This document shows, piece after piece, positions 47,028-55,257 of a DNA stretch of 64,000 nt (its first letter is position 1; each line of letters begins with the position of its first letter). A program made the position numbers and the translations under genes. The stretch lies in the sequence record PQ182779.1. One strand, given 5' to 3'. The notes below the pieces were generated by a model. That model was given only the letters and a program-made list of their open reading frames with translations. It was not told where the DNA came from and did not search any database.

Positions 47028-47399
47028 ATGAAACTTTATTCTAAAGAAGAATTTCTTAAATTGCCTTCCGGGACACTTTTTGTATTTGGACCGGTGGATT
47101 GGACGGAGGGGCAACTAGAGCCGGGTTATCTAGCTCTAAATGTTAAATACGAATCGCTACGCGATGACTTTGTGTTTAGACCCTTAATTGACATTGAAGT
47201 CAGATCCTCAGAAGAACGAGATGAACTCAATGATTTCATCCAGGGGGAAATGAAAACGTGTGACATTTCCTCTGATATTCCCATGGATCTTTTCGCAACG
47301 AGCCGCGATGGCTTATTTGAAAAAGACTCGACCTACCTTGTTCTCAGTAATGAGGAACTGAAAGCAGTTATTGCCTCATTACAAATGTTAGTCAAATAA
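47028..47399 (+). CDS. phage hypothetical protein (MKxxxKEEFLKLPxGT family)
   Basis: ATG 47028 with SD AGGAG. Confidence 0.75.
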   Translation: MKLYSKEEFLKLPSGTLFVFGPVDWTEGQLEPGYLALNVKYESLRDDFVFRPLIDIEVRSSEERDELNDFIQGEMKTCDISSDIPMDLFATSRDGLFEKDSTYLVLSNEELKAVIASLQMLVK

Positions 47400-47430
47400 C
47401 TAAACCAGTAAAAGAAGAAGGAGAAATACA

Positions 47431-48918
47431 ATGATCCGTTTACAAGAAAACTTATATCTGCCGTATGAAGAACTGAGCCGCTTTTTGGAGCGTTTGCCCG
47501 AAGGAATGACCTATGACCTGCTCCAGTCTAAAATTCCTTCTCTACGCTCACTGAAGAAGAAAGAACTGGATATCTTACTCAAGTACGTCATTGAGAAAAA
47601 CAGAATCGTCGTAACGGAGATAACGCAAAAGGGCGTCAAGTGTGCACCTCTCCTTCGTCACAAAATGTTTACGGCGCCGATTAACGTCCTCGCACAGCCA
47701 GAGAAAGAACGTCCATCTGGTTCGGTGGTTCATATCACCGGCGCAGGTAAACAGACCATTGTCACTAAGAAACGCAGTCGTCTGGAACGCATTATCCCGC
47801 CTATCAAAGAGGAGAAAGAAATGGCCACCCAAGAAAAACCGGTTACAACCAAAGCTGTCGTTGATTTTGAATCTCTCCGCGCCGAACACCTGGTCGATGT
47901 AAAACTGATTAACGCGGCCGATAAAATCAAAGCCTTTCTCCTCACTGACCCGAAAGGTTTTACCCGTACTGAGATTGATGAGTCGGTCAAAGAGTATCGT
48001 TACCTGAAAGGCGCGCCTCGTCAACAAGTTCTTTCCTACCTGAAAACCTACGAAGGTGTAGTAGAGAAAGAATGGCAGCCGGAGAAATATAAGTACCCGG
48101 TCGGGCGCTTTGTTCACCCTGACTTCATTAACGCTGAAACAGCGGTGTTACCGGAAGCGGTAAAAGACTATACTTTCGCTAATAAAGAAGAAGCGAGACC
48201 GCAGGTAAAAGTTAACGAATCCGCTATCCGCGGTATGGTCGTTGAGTTACTGAAGGCATCTAAGCGATTACTGCCGCTGTATCAAGTTTGGAACTATCTC
48301 CCTAACCTGCCGGAACTGAGTAAAGAAACGCGTTTCGCCATTTTGAACCCGTTAGTAGAAAAGGGTATTGTCTCCATCTACAGCGATGAACACCCTAATA
48401 AACCGGGTTGTGACGTTAACTGGATTAAACTCAATGAGGAAGGAGATACGGTAGGGATTGTTCATCGGACGAAAACTGAAGCACCGACTGCAATGGCAGT
48501 GGCGGTGATGGAAGCGTTACAAAAAGGGGCGAAAGAAGGGGAACCTACTGTGGAAACTAATGCTTCGAAATACCCTAACCGGTTGGCGCATTTAGAGGCT
48601 AGACCGGTGAACTTAGCAACACTCCCTGAAATGGCCAACTCTGTACCAGACCCTATCACACCGATCGAGTTTAAAGAGCAAACTATGGCACCCGCAACAT
48701 CCACTGACGTACGTAAACAGATTCTGGAACTCGAACGCGTTGCAATTGAGCTGGAACAGAAAGAGCGTAACGAGGCGTTGATTGCTGCTATCAAACCGTT
48801 ACGTGATGAAATCGTCGTGCGTTTCGCCGAAGCGCAGAAAGCCATTGACGCGCAGATTGACGCGCAGGCGGCGTTGGGGCTGGTGATTGAGAAACTGAAC
48901 CAGGCTATTGGTCAGTAA
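47431..48918 (+). CDS. hypothetical protein with C-terminal coiled coil
   Basis: SD AAGGAG; 495 aa. Confidence 0.8.
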   Translation: MIRLQENLYLPYEELSRFLERLPEGMTYDLLQSKIPSLRSLKKKELDILLKYVIEKNRIVVTEITQKGVKCAPLLRHKMFTAPINVLAQPEKERPSGSVVHITGAGKQTIVTKKRSRLERIIPPIKEEKEMATQEKPVTTKAVVDFESLRAEHLVDVKLINAADKIKAFLLTDPKGFTRTEIDESVKEYRYLKGAPRQQVLSYLKTYEGVVEKEWQPEKYKYPVGRFVHPDFINAETAVLPEAVKDYTFANKEEARPQVKVNESAIRGMVVELLKASKRLLPLYQVWNYLPNLPELSKETRFAILNPLVEKGIVSIYSDEHPNKPGCDVNWIKLNEEGDTVGIVHRTKTEAPTAMAVAVMEALQKGAKEGEPTVETNASKYPNRLAHLEARPVNLATLPEMANSVPDPITPIEFKEQTMAPATSTDVRKQILELERVAIELEQKERNEALIAAIKPLRDEIVVRFAEAQKAIDAQIDAQAALGLVIEKLNQAIGQ

Positions 48919-48922
48919 CGAT

Positions 48923-48950
48923 AAAGGGCGGTTTCCGCCCTTTTCTTTTT
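48923..48950 (+). terminator. intrinsic terminator
   Basis: AAAGGGCGG-TTT-CCGCCCTTT then T run. Confidence 0.85.
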
Positions 48951-48971
48951 AGATGAATTGGAGTAAATCAA

Positions 48972-49613
48972 ATGGGTAAGTTTAATTTAAAGTGGGAAGA
49001 GGTGCGCTTTGAATTGGTCGAAGGAAATCTTTCTTTGGCATTCGAATTCAATCGTTTAACGAAAGGGAAGTACATTTCTAAACTGTTAGAATTCTTATCT
49101 ATCAACGAAGAAAATGTAACAGGTTCATTTGCGTTTCGTATTTTCGCGCACTTAAAAGTCGAAAATAACACTCAAATATTTACACCGGGTGATCTGACGG
49201 TAGAGATCAAAGATGGAATTATCCTCTTCCAATCGGCGATATTCAAAGGTATAGTTCCAAATATCGCCGTATCCGACTTCATTCAGTTCTTCGTCGATTT
49301 GGGGTACAGTGACCCTCGACCAGAAATACAATGGAGAATTACTGAAATTTCACTTGATAATTTAGCAGCTCGGAAAGGTTACGTTCGTGAACCGAGCTGG
49401 CGTGAATTTCTTTACCCGCGTGATGGTCTTGAAGAACGTCGTTTCGTTAAAGATGGAGTTGTTCTTTATTTTGATACAGACGAAGACCGACGATATCATT
49501 TTAACGAAGAAGGATCTTTTTCCTTCAATTCTTCTCGTAGACCACTAGGTGAAACTTATAAAGAAACCATCGAAGAAATTTGTAAAGGAATTAATTGGGA
49601 GTTTTGGGAGTAA
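48972..49613 (+). CDS. hypothetical protein
   Basis: SD GGAG. Confidence 0.7.
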   Translation: MGKFNLKWEEVRFELVEGNLSLAFEFNRLTKGKYISKLLEFLSINEENVTGSFAFRIFAHLKVENNTQIFTPGDLTVEIKDGIILFQSAIFKGIVPNIAVSDFIQFFVDLGYSDPRPEIQWRITEISLDNLAARKGYVREPSWREFLYPRDGLEERRFVKDGVVLYFDTDEDRRYHFNEEGSFSFNSSRRPLGETYKETIEEICKGINWEFWE

Positions 49614-49618
49614 CAAAC

Positions 49619-49981
49619 ATGAAAAAGATGATTTTAGCAGTTTTACTGGCGGGTGTTTCTCTTAATGCGGTCGCTGTCGATTGCCGTGGCCATCTCAAAT
49701 CTGTGATGGGTGAATATTTCTCAGAGAAACTTCTTAACGGGGGTTCTGTGGAAAACCTTGCCTACCACAAATGGGTAGAGGTAACGGGTCCTCTCGAACC
49801 GGTAGGGGCCTATTACCAGGGCGGTGTCAGGGTGAAAGAACACGTTAAAGTGTTGCCACTGGGATTATTGGCAATGGACAGGAATAGTAATAGCTTCACT
49901 GTCAATGCGGCCGTAGCATACAACGAAATCAGTTGCGAAGTTTACGGAATCGAAATTAATGAATTTAAGGCGGGGAAATGA
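49619..49981 (+). CDS. exported protein with signal peptide
   Basis: MKKMILAVLLAGVSLNAVA; SD GGGAG. Confidence 0.7.
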   Translation: MKKMILAVLLAGVSLNAVAVDCRGHLKSVMGEYFSEKLLNGGSVENLAYHKWVEVTGPLEPVGAYYQGGVRVKEHVKVLPLGLLAMDRNSNSFTVNAAVAYNEISCEVYGIEINEFKAGK

Positions 49982-50556
49982 CCATTTCTATCGGGCAGGT
50001 ATATAGGCATTATAAAGGCGAAATTTACATTGTTAATAACGTAGCAACCTGCGCCGATAATTGTCGCAATGGGAAGACTACCGTTATTTACGCTAAAGCT
50101 TCTGAACCTGATAAAATCTATTCTCGTTTAGAAGAAGAGTTTTTTGAAATCCTATTGAGTCAAGATAAAATAGTTCCGCGTTTTACCTTGATCGAAAAAA
50201 CAACGGCGTTCTACAAACGCCTACATTTTATCCCTTCTAACAATATGATCCTTCCAATTTTCAATATTAATGAATTGAAAGAGTATTTTAGCGCGTTGGA
50301 AGAAATGGGGTATTCTTACACCCCCGAAGTTAAAAGCGCAGCGGAAGAAAAGCTACTTTCCCTGCGGTCGAAGAAAAATCCGTCTCTTCTTGAATCATTT
50401 ACGGGTCCGAGAAATGCGGAGGCCATTCTTTTCAATCTAGACGGTGTTATTTCTCTGGTGGCGTTAAATGACGTGAAACAAGCTGTCGCTTTGGCGGAAA
50501 GGAATAGAATTAACAACGTTATGGAAATAGCCCTGTTGAACAATAAAGGAGTTTAA
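49978..50556 (+). CDS. DUF1653-like N-terminal domain protein
   Basis: GQVYRHYKGEIYIV...VIY...YSR.EEEFFE. Confidence 0.65.
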   Translation: MTISIGQVYRHYKGEIYIVNNVATCADNCRNGKTTVIYAKASEPDKIYSRLEEEFFEILLSQDKIVPRFTLIEKTTAFYKRLHFIPSNNMILPIFNINELKEYFSALEEMGYSYTPEVKSAAEEKLLSLRSKKNPSLLESFTGPRNAEAILFNLDGVISLVALNDVKQAVALAERNRINNVMEIALLNNKGV

Positions 50557-51459
50557 ATGTTTCACGACTTTATTTACGACAATGAATGGCATCCTGCGGG
50601 GATAGAAGGGATTAAAGTCACCGATGGAATGTTTTTGGGTGAGTATAACGGGGTGAATGTCTATTATAACGATCGCCGGTTTACTTTATTCAAGACTTCG
50701 GAAACAGGGGTACTGTTACGGTCCTACTTTTATTTAACGACTTTAATGTTTTATCAGAAAATATCCAAGGAGGGTTTCCCCGAATGGTTCTCTGGAATTC
50801 TGGATATAGCGGTGGCCAAACTCTGGCATATTTTTGATGTGCCATTGTTGATAGACCTTTATGCGGACGGCGAGTTCCCTTCTAAAAAGGAAATTACTGA
50901 AGTTTATCCTGAAGGGTATTGTTTAGACAACTACGAATTTAGAAGGGCTCAACGAGATTTATTTATTGAGCTCTATGGGTTCGTCCCTTTCAGTAAAGAA
51001 ACGGAGGTTCAATTAGTTAATATTTTAAAAGGGAAGAAAGTCTGTGAAGTGGGCGCTGGTAAAGGTTTGTTATCAAAGAAACTTTTTGATAATGGTATCA
51101 GCATTATTGCAGTGGATAACTGCGAAGGGAATTATTCTTCTCGGTGGTGGGCCGATGAATTACCAGAGTGGTTTTTGAAAGCATCCGTAGACGATATCGA
51201 GATCGGTCCTTACGATGCGATCATCTCAGTTTGGGCACCGCTTGGCTCGCCTATGTTGACGAATGTCGCCAAACGAATGCACGCCGGACAACTTCTTTTC
51301 TGCCAAGGGGAATATCGGGGTTGTACGGCGGATGACGATTTCTTCCAGTTAGTCGATGAGGAATTTGAAGAGGATGAAGAACTAACGAAACTTCTTCGTC
51401 AGGGAAATGTCTCTTTTGAGGGCATTCACGACGACTGGTATGTTTACCGTAAACTCTAG
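50557..51459 (+). CDS. protein with C-terminal class I SAM-dependent methyltransferase-like domain
   Basis: KVCEVGAGKGLLS, IAVDN, IISVWAP. Confidence 0.65.
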   Translation: MFHDFIYDNEWHPAGIEGIKVTDGMFLGEYNGVNVYYNDRRFTLFKTSETGVLLRSYFYLTTLMFYQKISKEGFPEWFSGILDIAVAKLWHIFDVPLLIDLYADGEFPSKKEITEVYPEGYCLDNYEFRRAQRDLFIELYGFVPFSKETEVQLVNILKGKKVCEVGAGKGLLSKKLFDNGISIIAVDNCEGNYSSRWWADELPEWFLKASVDDIEIGPYDAIISVWAPLGSPMLTNVAKRMHAGQLLFCQGEYRGCTADDDFFQLVDEEFEEDEELTKLLRQGNVSFEGIHDDWYVYRKL

Positions 51460-51580
51460 CAAGAAGGTCGCTATGGAACTCAACGAAAAAAAAAATCGTA
51501 ATCTGGTAATTGAAAAAGCGAAAAAGGAATCTCCTTCTCTGTCTGACGAAACAAATTTGGTATCTCGGGGGTAATGTTAA

Positions 51581-51880
51581 GTGAATAAAATTTTTCTTGT
51601 TCTAGTATTGTTGTTCTCGCACGGGGCGTTAGCTGACACTATTACAGTGTGGGATGACCCCGATAATAACTATGCAGGGCGCTTCGAGAAGAAGTCTATG
51701 GATGATGGTTATTTACGGATTATCATCGATCACGCGACTGGTTGTGAGTACTTCTACGTAGAAGGGAGAAGCATTACGCCTGTCTTAGGAGGGAGTTATG
51801 CCGCCCGTGATCCGTATTGCCCTTCTGAGAACAAGTATACTCAGCAGACAGACAACGGCACGAAAGCGTATCGCAAATAA
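51581..51880 (+). CDS. small exported protein
   Basis: Signal peptide ending ALA; IIIDHATGCEYF motif. Confidence 0.7.
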   Translation: MNKIFLVLVLLFSHGALADTITVWDDPDNNYAGRFEKKSMDDGYLRIIIDHATGCEYFYVEGRSITPVLGGSYAARDPYCPSENKYTQQTDNGTKAYRK

Positions 51881-51884
51881 AACG

Positions 51885-51908
51885 GTAAGGGGTATAAATA
51901 CCCCTTAC
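51885..51908 (+). terminator. hairpin/terminator
   Basis: GTAAGGGGTAT-AA-ATACCCCTTAC. Confidence 0.65.
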
Positions 51909-51935
51909 TTATATTTTAAACAGAGGAGAAACATC

Positions 51936-52385
51936 ATGAATATCGAGACATTGAAAACTTTAATAAGTAACACTAATGAAAAATTCGTTCTCGTTACAGG
52001 TAATAATGAAAAAGCGTTGTTGATGGGATTAAAGGAATTGGGGTTAGATCCTATAGACCATAATCGTAAAAATCAGCTCATTGAACGCCATGCCGGTTTT
52101 GGCATGGCGATCTATTATAATCCGGACGATCGTTTCATTAGTACATCGAGACAGCTTTCACAGATTTTCCCTTCTATTGGTAAGAGAAAAGGGTCGGTAT
52201 TATTTCTCTCCGAGGGTTCATTTGCGCAGGGGTTCTATCAAGATTACGCTTTCCCGGCCAAAACATTATTTGTAGCGGACATCATCACGCATTTCGAGTT
52301 AAGTAACGGGCGCTTAACGACTTTCGGTTTTGACCGCTCTGAAAGAAAAAGCGGCTTAGCTAAACTTAGTGGAGAAAACGAATGA
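51936..52385 (+). CDS. hypothetical protein, possible degenerate RecA-like fold
   Basis: ATG 51936 with SD GAGGAG. Confidence 0.7.
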   Translation: MNIETLKTLISNTNEKFVLVTGNNEKALLMGLKELGLDPIDHNRKNQLIERHAGFGMAIYYNPDDRFISTSRQLSQIFPSIGKRKGSVLFLSEGSFAQGFYQDYAFPAKTLFVADIITHFELSNGRLTTFGFDRSERKSGLAKLSGENE

Positions 52386-52750
52386 CTTGTCAAGATGCGT
52401 TGAATGCAGTAATGTGGCAGGAAAATAAAATTGTCCTGGTCATCGGGGAGCTTGAGGATGATCTACTCACCTTCGCAGAAGACCAATTTGGACCGATCAC
52501 GAGAAGATCTGTAAAGAAACTTTTTTCTGATTCTTTACCTGAGATACCGTCAACGGGAACGTTCGATAGTGTGACTCTGTTGTCACACCCCTCTAAACCA
52601 CAACCGGTACTCGCTGCCAATCGCCAATTATGGTTGACGTTAGATGTAAGGGCACTCACTAACAAAACAAAATTCGCTGCCGATATTGTTATCAAAGTAC
52701 AAAAAGGTAGCGGGGGTTTTGCCTGGACGGTCGCGCGACGTTCTGACTGA
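52382..52750 (+). CDS. hypothetical protein, possible degenerate RecA-like fold
   Basis: ATGA overlap; FAADIVIKV. Confidence 0.7.
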   Translation: MTCQDALNAVMWQENKIVLVIGELEDDLLTFAEDQFGPITRRSVKKLFSDSLPEIPSTGTFDSVTLLSHPSKPQPVLAANRQLWLTLDVRALTNKTKFAADIVIKVQKGSGGFAWTVARRSD

Positions 52751-52777
52751 TCGCCTACGTTAACAAACTATTACACT

Positions 52778-52808
52778 ATAGACAGGGTTACTCCTGTCTA
52801 TTTTTTTT
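52778..52808 (+). terminator. intrinsic terminator
   Basis: ATAGACAGG-GTTACT-CCTGTCTAT then T run. Confidence 0.85.
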
Positions 52809-52853
52809 ATACTGTTTAATTTATTTGATTATTTACTTTTAAAGGATGGGGTA

Positions 52854-53381
52854 ATGAAAAGAACAAAAAATATTTCTAAGGCGAGATTCCGTAAAAGAAT
52901 TATTCTGGCGGGTGGGGTGATTATCGCCAGCGCTTTCTTATCCGGGTGCGACGTCTCTGACGACACTTATCGCCCATACGGTTCGATCTCAGAATGTCAG
53001 AAGACACTCAACGACTATTCTGCTAATTGCACCAACGCGTATAAGTCAGCAGTTGATAACGCAAAGGTGACAGGAAAACCCTATCGTACCAAAGAAGAAT
53101 GTGAGAAAGATAACGACAACAATCGCTGTGAATACACGTCCCATGGTGGGTCGCATTTCTACCCATATCCGCATTATTATTCCTATGGCGGTACAGGGAG
53201 CTACGCACAGCCTTTCTATCGATCACGAAATAGCGAAACCTTTCGTTCTCGTAGCGGTACAGAATTCGCGCCTACACGAACCTCTAACGGTTTCTCAGGC
53301 GTGAAAACAGTGACCCGTTCGGGATTTGGTTCGACATCTCGTTCGCATTCTTCTTTTTCCTCCCATTCTTTCGGAGGATAA
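52854..53381 (+). CDS. DUF1190/YgiB-like lipoprotein
   Basis: Lipobox FLSGC, paired Cys, Y/G-rich middle, TVTRSGFGS tail. Confidence 0.7.
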   Translation: MKRTKNISKARFRKRIILAGGVIIASAFLSGCDVSDDTYRPYGSISECQKTLNDYSANCTNAYKSAVDNAKVTGKPYRTKEECEKDNDNNRCEYTSHGGSHFYPYPHYYSYGGTGSYAQPFYRSRNSETFRSRSGTEFAPTRTSNGFSGVKTVTRSGFGSTSRSHSSFSSHSFGG

Positions 53382-53399
53382 AATCGTGGGGTAAAGCCA

Positions 53400-53867
53400 A
53401 TGTCAGAATTGATACGGAATTTAGAGTTAATGAATTTCAATGCGCCCAGTGATTTTCGTAATGCTGATCAGTACAACATTACACTTGATCGACTGGAAGC
53501 CCAAATGCAGAAGATCCTGAACTTTGGCAGCATTGGTTACGTCACGTTCGCACAAGCCGATGATTGGGAAAAATCCTTTTCGCGGAATCAAAGTGCAGGG
53601 TATCTAGTAGGCTACGAGATCGTTAACAATTGTTCCAGTGGCGCCATCTGGCTTTATGCTGACATTGCGCTTTCCCCCGAGGCGATCGGATTCAGAAATC
53701 TTTTTCCAGACCTTTCTGGTTTTGCTATGCGCAGTCAGTCCCTTATCATTAATTCTGACTACGGCAGAATCGCCCAGATAGAATCAATCGAAGCGTTTGA
53801 CTTCACCTTTACCAAAGACAGTTCAATAAGGAACGAACCCGTTGAAAAATACAAAAGACGTCGCTAA
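53400..53867 (+). CDS. hypothetical protein
   Basis: SD GGGGT. Confidence 0.7.
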   Translation: MSELIRNLELMNFNAPSDFRNADQYNITLDRLEAQMQKILNFGSIGYVTFAQADDWEKSFSRNQSAGYLVGYEIVNNCSSGAIWLYADIALSPEAIGFRNLFPDLSGFAMRSQSLIINSDYGRIAQIESIEAFDFTFTKDSSIRNEPVEKYKRRR

Positions 53868-54006
53868 AATGTTAGGCATCTCCCAATCCGCTGTTCGTAT
53901 TCGCGTCAGTAAAGGGAAACTCCCTGCTCCCGATAAACGAGAGGGGAAAGAATTATTCTGGAAACTCGAAACCATTACCGGGGCTGTTGATGGCATACGT
54001 CCTTAA
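53842..54006 (+). CDS. 54-aa AlpA/excisionase-like HTH protein missing from ORF track
   Basis: TTG start, SD AAGGA; MKNTKDVAKMLGISQSAVRIRVSKGKLPAPDKREGKELFWKLETITGAVDGIRP. Confidence 0.7.
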   Translation: MKNTKDVAKMLGISQSAVRIRVSKGKLPAPDKREGKELFWKLETITGAVDGIRP

Positions 54007-54184
54007 TACCTTACTTTGGTTACTGGTCTTATTGAGCGGTAACCTGATTTTCGCTTTTCTGTGGATTGCAATACGGGACGGTCTGAAAAAGAAAACGATG
54101 GCAGTTCTACAGTCGTTAGTCTGTGTCGTTGTCTTCGGCTGGTTGCATTATCTAAGCTTAATTACGTTTATCAAGGATTTCTAG
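53990..54184 (+). CDS. small two-TM membrane protein
   Basis: Two hydrophobic helices. Confidence 0.65.
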   Translation: MAYVLNTLLWLLVLLSGNLIFAFLWIAIRDGLKKKTMAVLQSLVCVVVFGWLHYLSLITFIKDF

Positions 54185-54598
54185 ATGACCCCCGTTAAAC
54201 AGCTACTTATTCAGTTCTTAAAATCTCAACATACCTTATCGATTATCGCTGAGACGTCGGATGCAGCGGAGCTTTTTCTGAAAGCGGTCGCCCCTGAATT
54301 GAAAGAGGAAGTCATCCTTTTCATTCACAGCGAGTACGGCGATTTAAACGCGAAAGACTTGATGGAGAAAATCAAGTCAGCGAAAAAGGACGCGGAACTT
54401 TCTGGGAAACGTATTGTCTTTGTCGCGGAAAAGAAAATGCCGGTTTACACTTTTGAAGCGTCGTGCGTAATCGAAGTTGAACAAATCGACTTAGGCGACG
54501 CACTCTTTAACTTAGGAAAAATCGCTTTCGATATCACCTTCGTTAAATGTCGCGGTTACACGGTGGATGGCTTTGAAGGCGTCACGTTAGTAGAATAA
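54185..54598 (+). CDS. hypothetical protein, possible degenerate RecA-like fold
   Basis: Abuts previous stop; FDITFVKCRG. Confidence 0.7.
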   Translation: MTPVKQLLIQFLKSQHTLSIIAETSDAAELFLKAVAPELKEEVILFIHSEYGDLNAKDLMEKIKSAKKDAELSGKRIVFVAEKKMPVYTFEASCVIEVEQIDLGDALFNLGKIAFDITFVKCRGYTVDGFEGVTLVE

Positions 54599-54600
54599 TC

Positions 54601-54640
54601 CTCTCCCTTCCTGCCAAAGCAGGAAGGGAGAGACTCTATG
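54601..54640. other. 14-bp perfect hairpin followed by CTATG, between convergent genes
   Basis: CTCTCCCTTCCTGC-CAAA-GCAGGAAGGGAGAG-ACT-CTATG. Confidence 0.75.
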
Positions 54641-54655
54641 TCGCAACTTTCTTTT

Positions 54656-55246
54656 TTAGTACATCAAATTACCGTCCAAGAAGCGCGCTACGCGTTTCCC
54701 TGAACTTTTCCTACCGTCAGTATGCTTTTCCACTGAACGACCGTCACGGTGTTCTACTAGCGATTTAATGGGGTAATAGACGGGGTCACCCCACGCACTC
54801 CCGATAGCGAAGTCCGCCGGTTTTCGGTTATCAATTCCCTTTAGGATCTTTTCAATAGAACCCGGGGCGGGTGAATAACAGACACCATGAATCAATTGAT
54901 TTAATCGGATCACTTCACGTCCTAACCGTTTAGCGTTAAGAATTGAGTGCGTTACTAATTCCTGGTACTGCGGTGGTCGGCTCGTCCCTAGATAAAAACT
55001 GACGAATTGTTCCGGGTAAACAGTAAACCACTTTTCTGCTTTTTCAATAAAGCCCTCAACCGGAATAGCATCGTCTTCCATGATAACAACGCGTTCATCC
55101 TGTTGGACTGCCCATTCCAAAGCCTTGATGTGGTTAGCCAACGCCCCTGTCCCTACTGTGTCAAGAAACACTTCGCAAGGGAGCACGCTCGTGAGCTTCT
55201 CAATAGCCATCTTCCTTGATACGTGGCCTACTACCGCAATACGCAT
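54656..55246 (-). CDS. GT-A fold glycosyltransferase (EDDA type)
   Basis: VVIMEDDAIP.EGF, VSFYLG..RP..YQ, PADFAI, SLVEHRD; SD GAGGT. Confidence 0.75.
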   Translation of the reverse strand: MRIAVVGHVSRKMAIEKLTSVLPCEVFLDTVGTGALANHIKALEWAVQQDERVVIMEDDAIPVEGFIEKAEKWFTVYPEQFVSFYLGTSRPPQYQELVTHSILNAKRLGREVIRLNQLIHGVCYSPAPGSIEKILKGIDNRKPADFAIGSAWGDPVYYPIKSLVEHRDGRSVEKHTDGRKSSGKRVARFLDGNLMY

Positions 55247-55257
55247 ATTAGTTACCT

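Noticed and set aside
47016-47433. Repeated AGGAGAAATACAATG before two adjacent genes
   Set aside because: Adequately explained as a reused strong ribosome-binding site.
51473-51574. 33-aa ORF with an A10 tract as a phase-variable or frameshifted gene
   Set aside because: A plus or minus one slip gives immediate stops, so no longer hidden ORF is restored.
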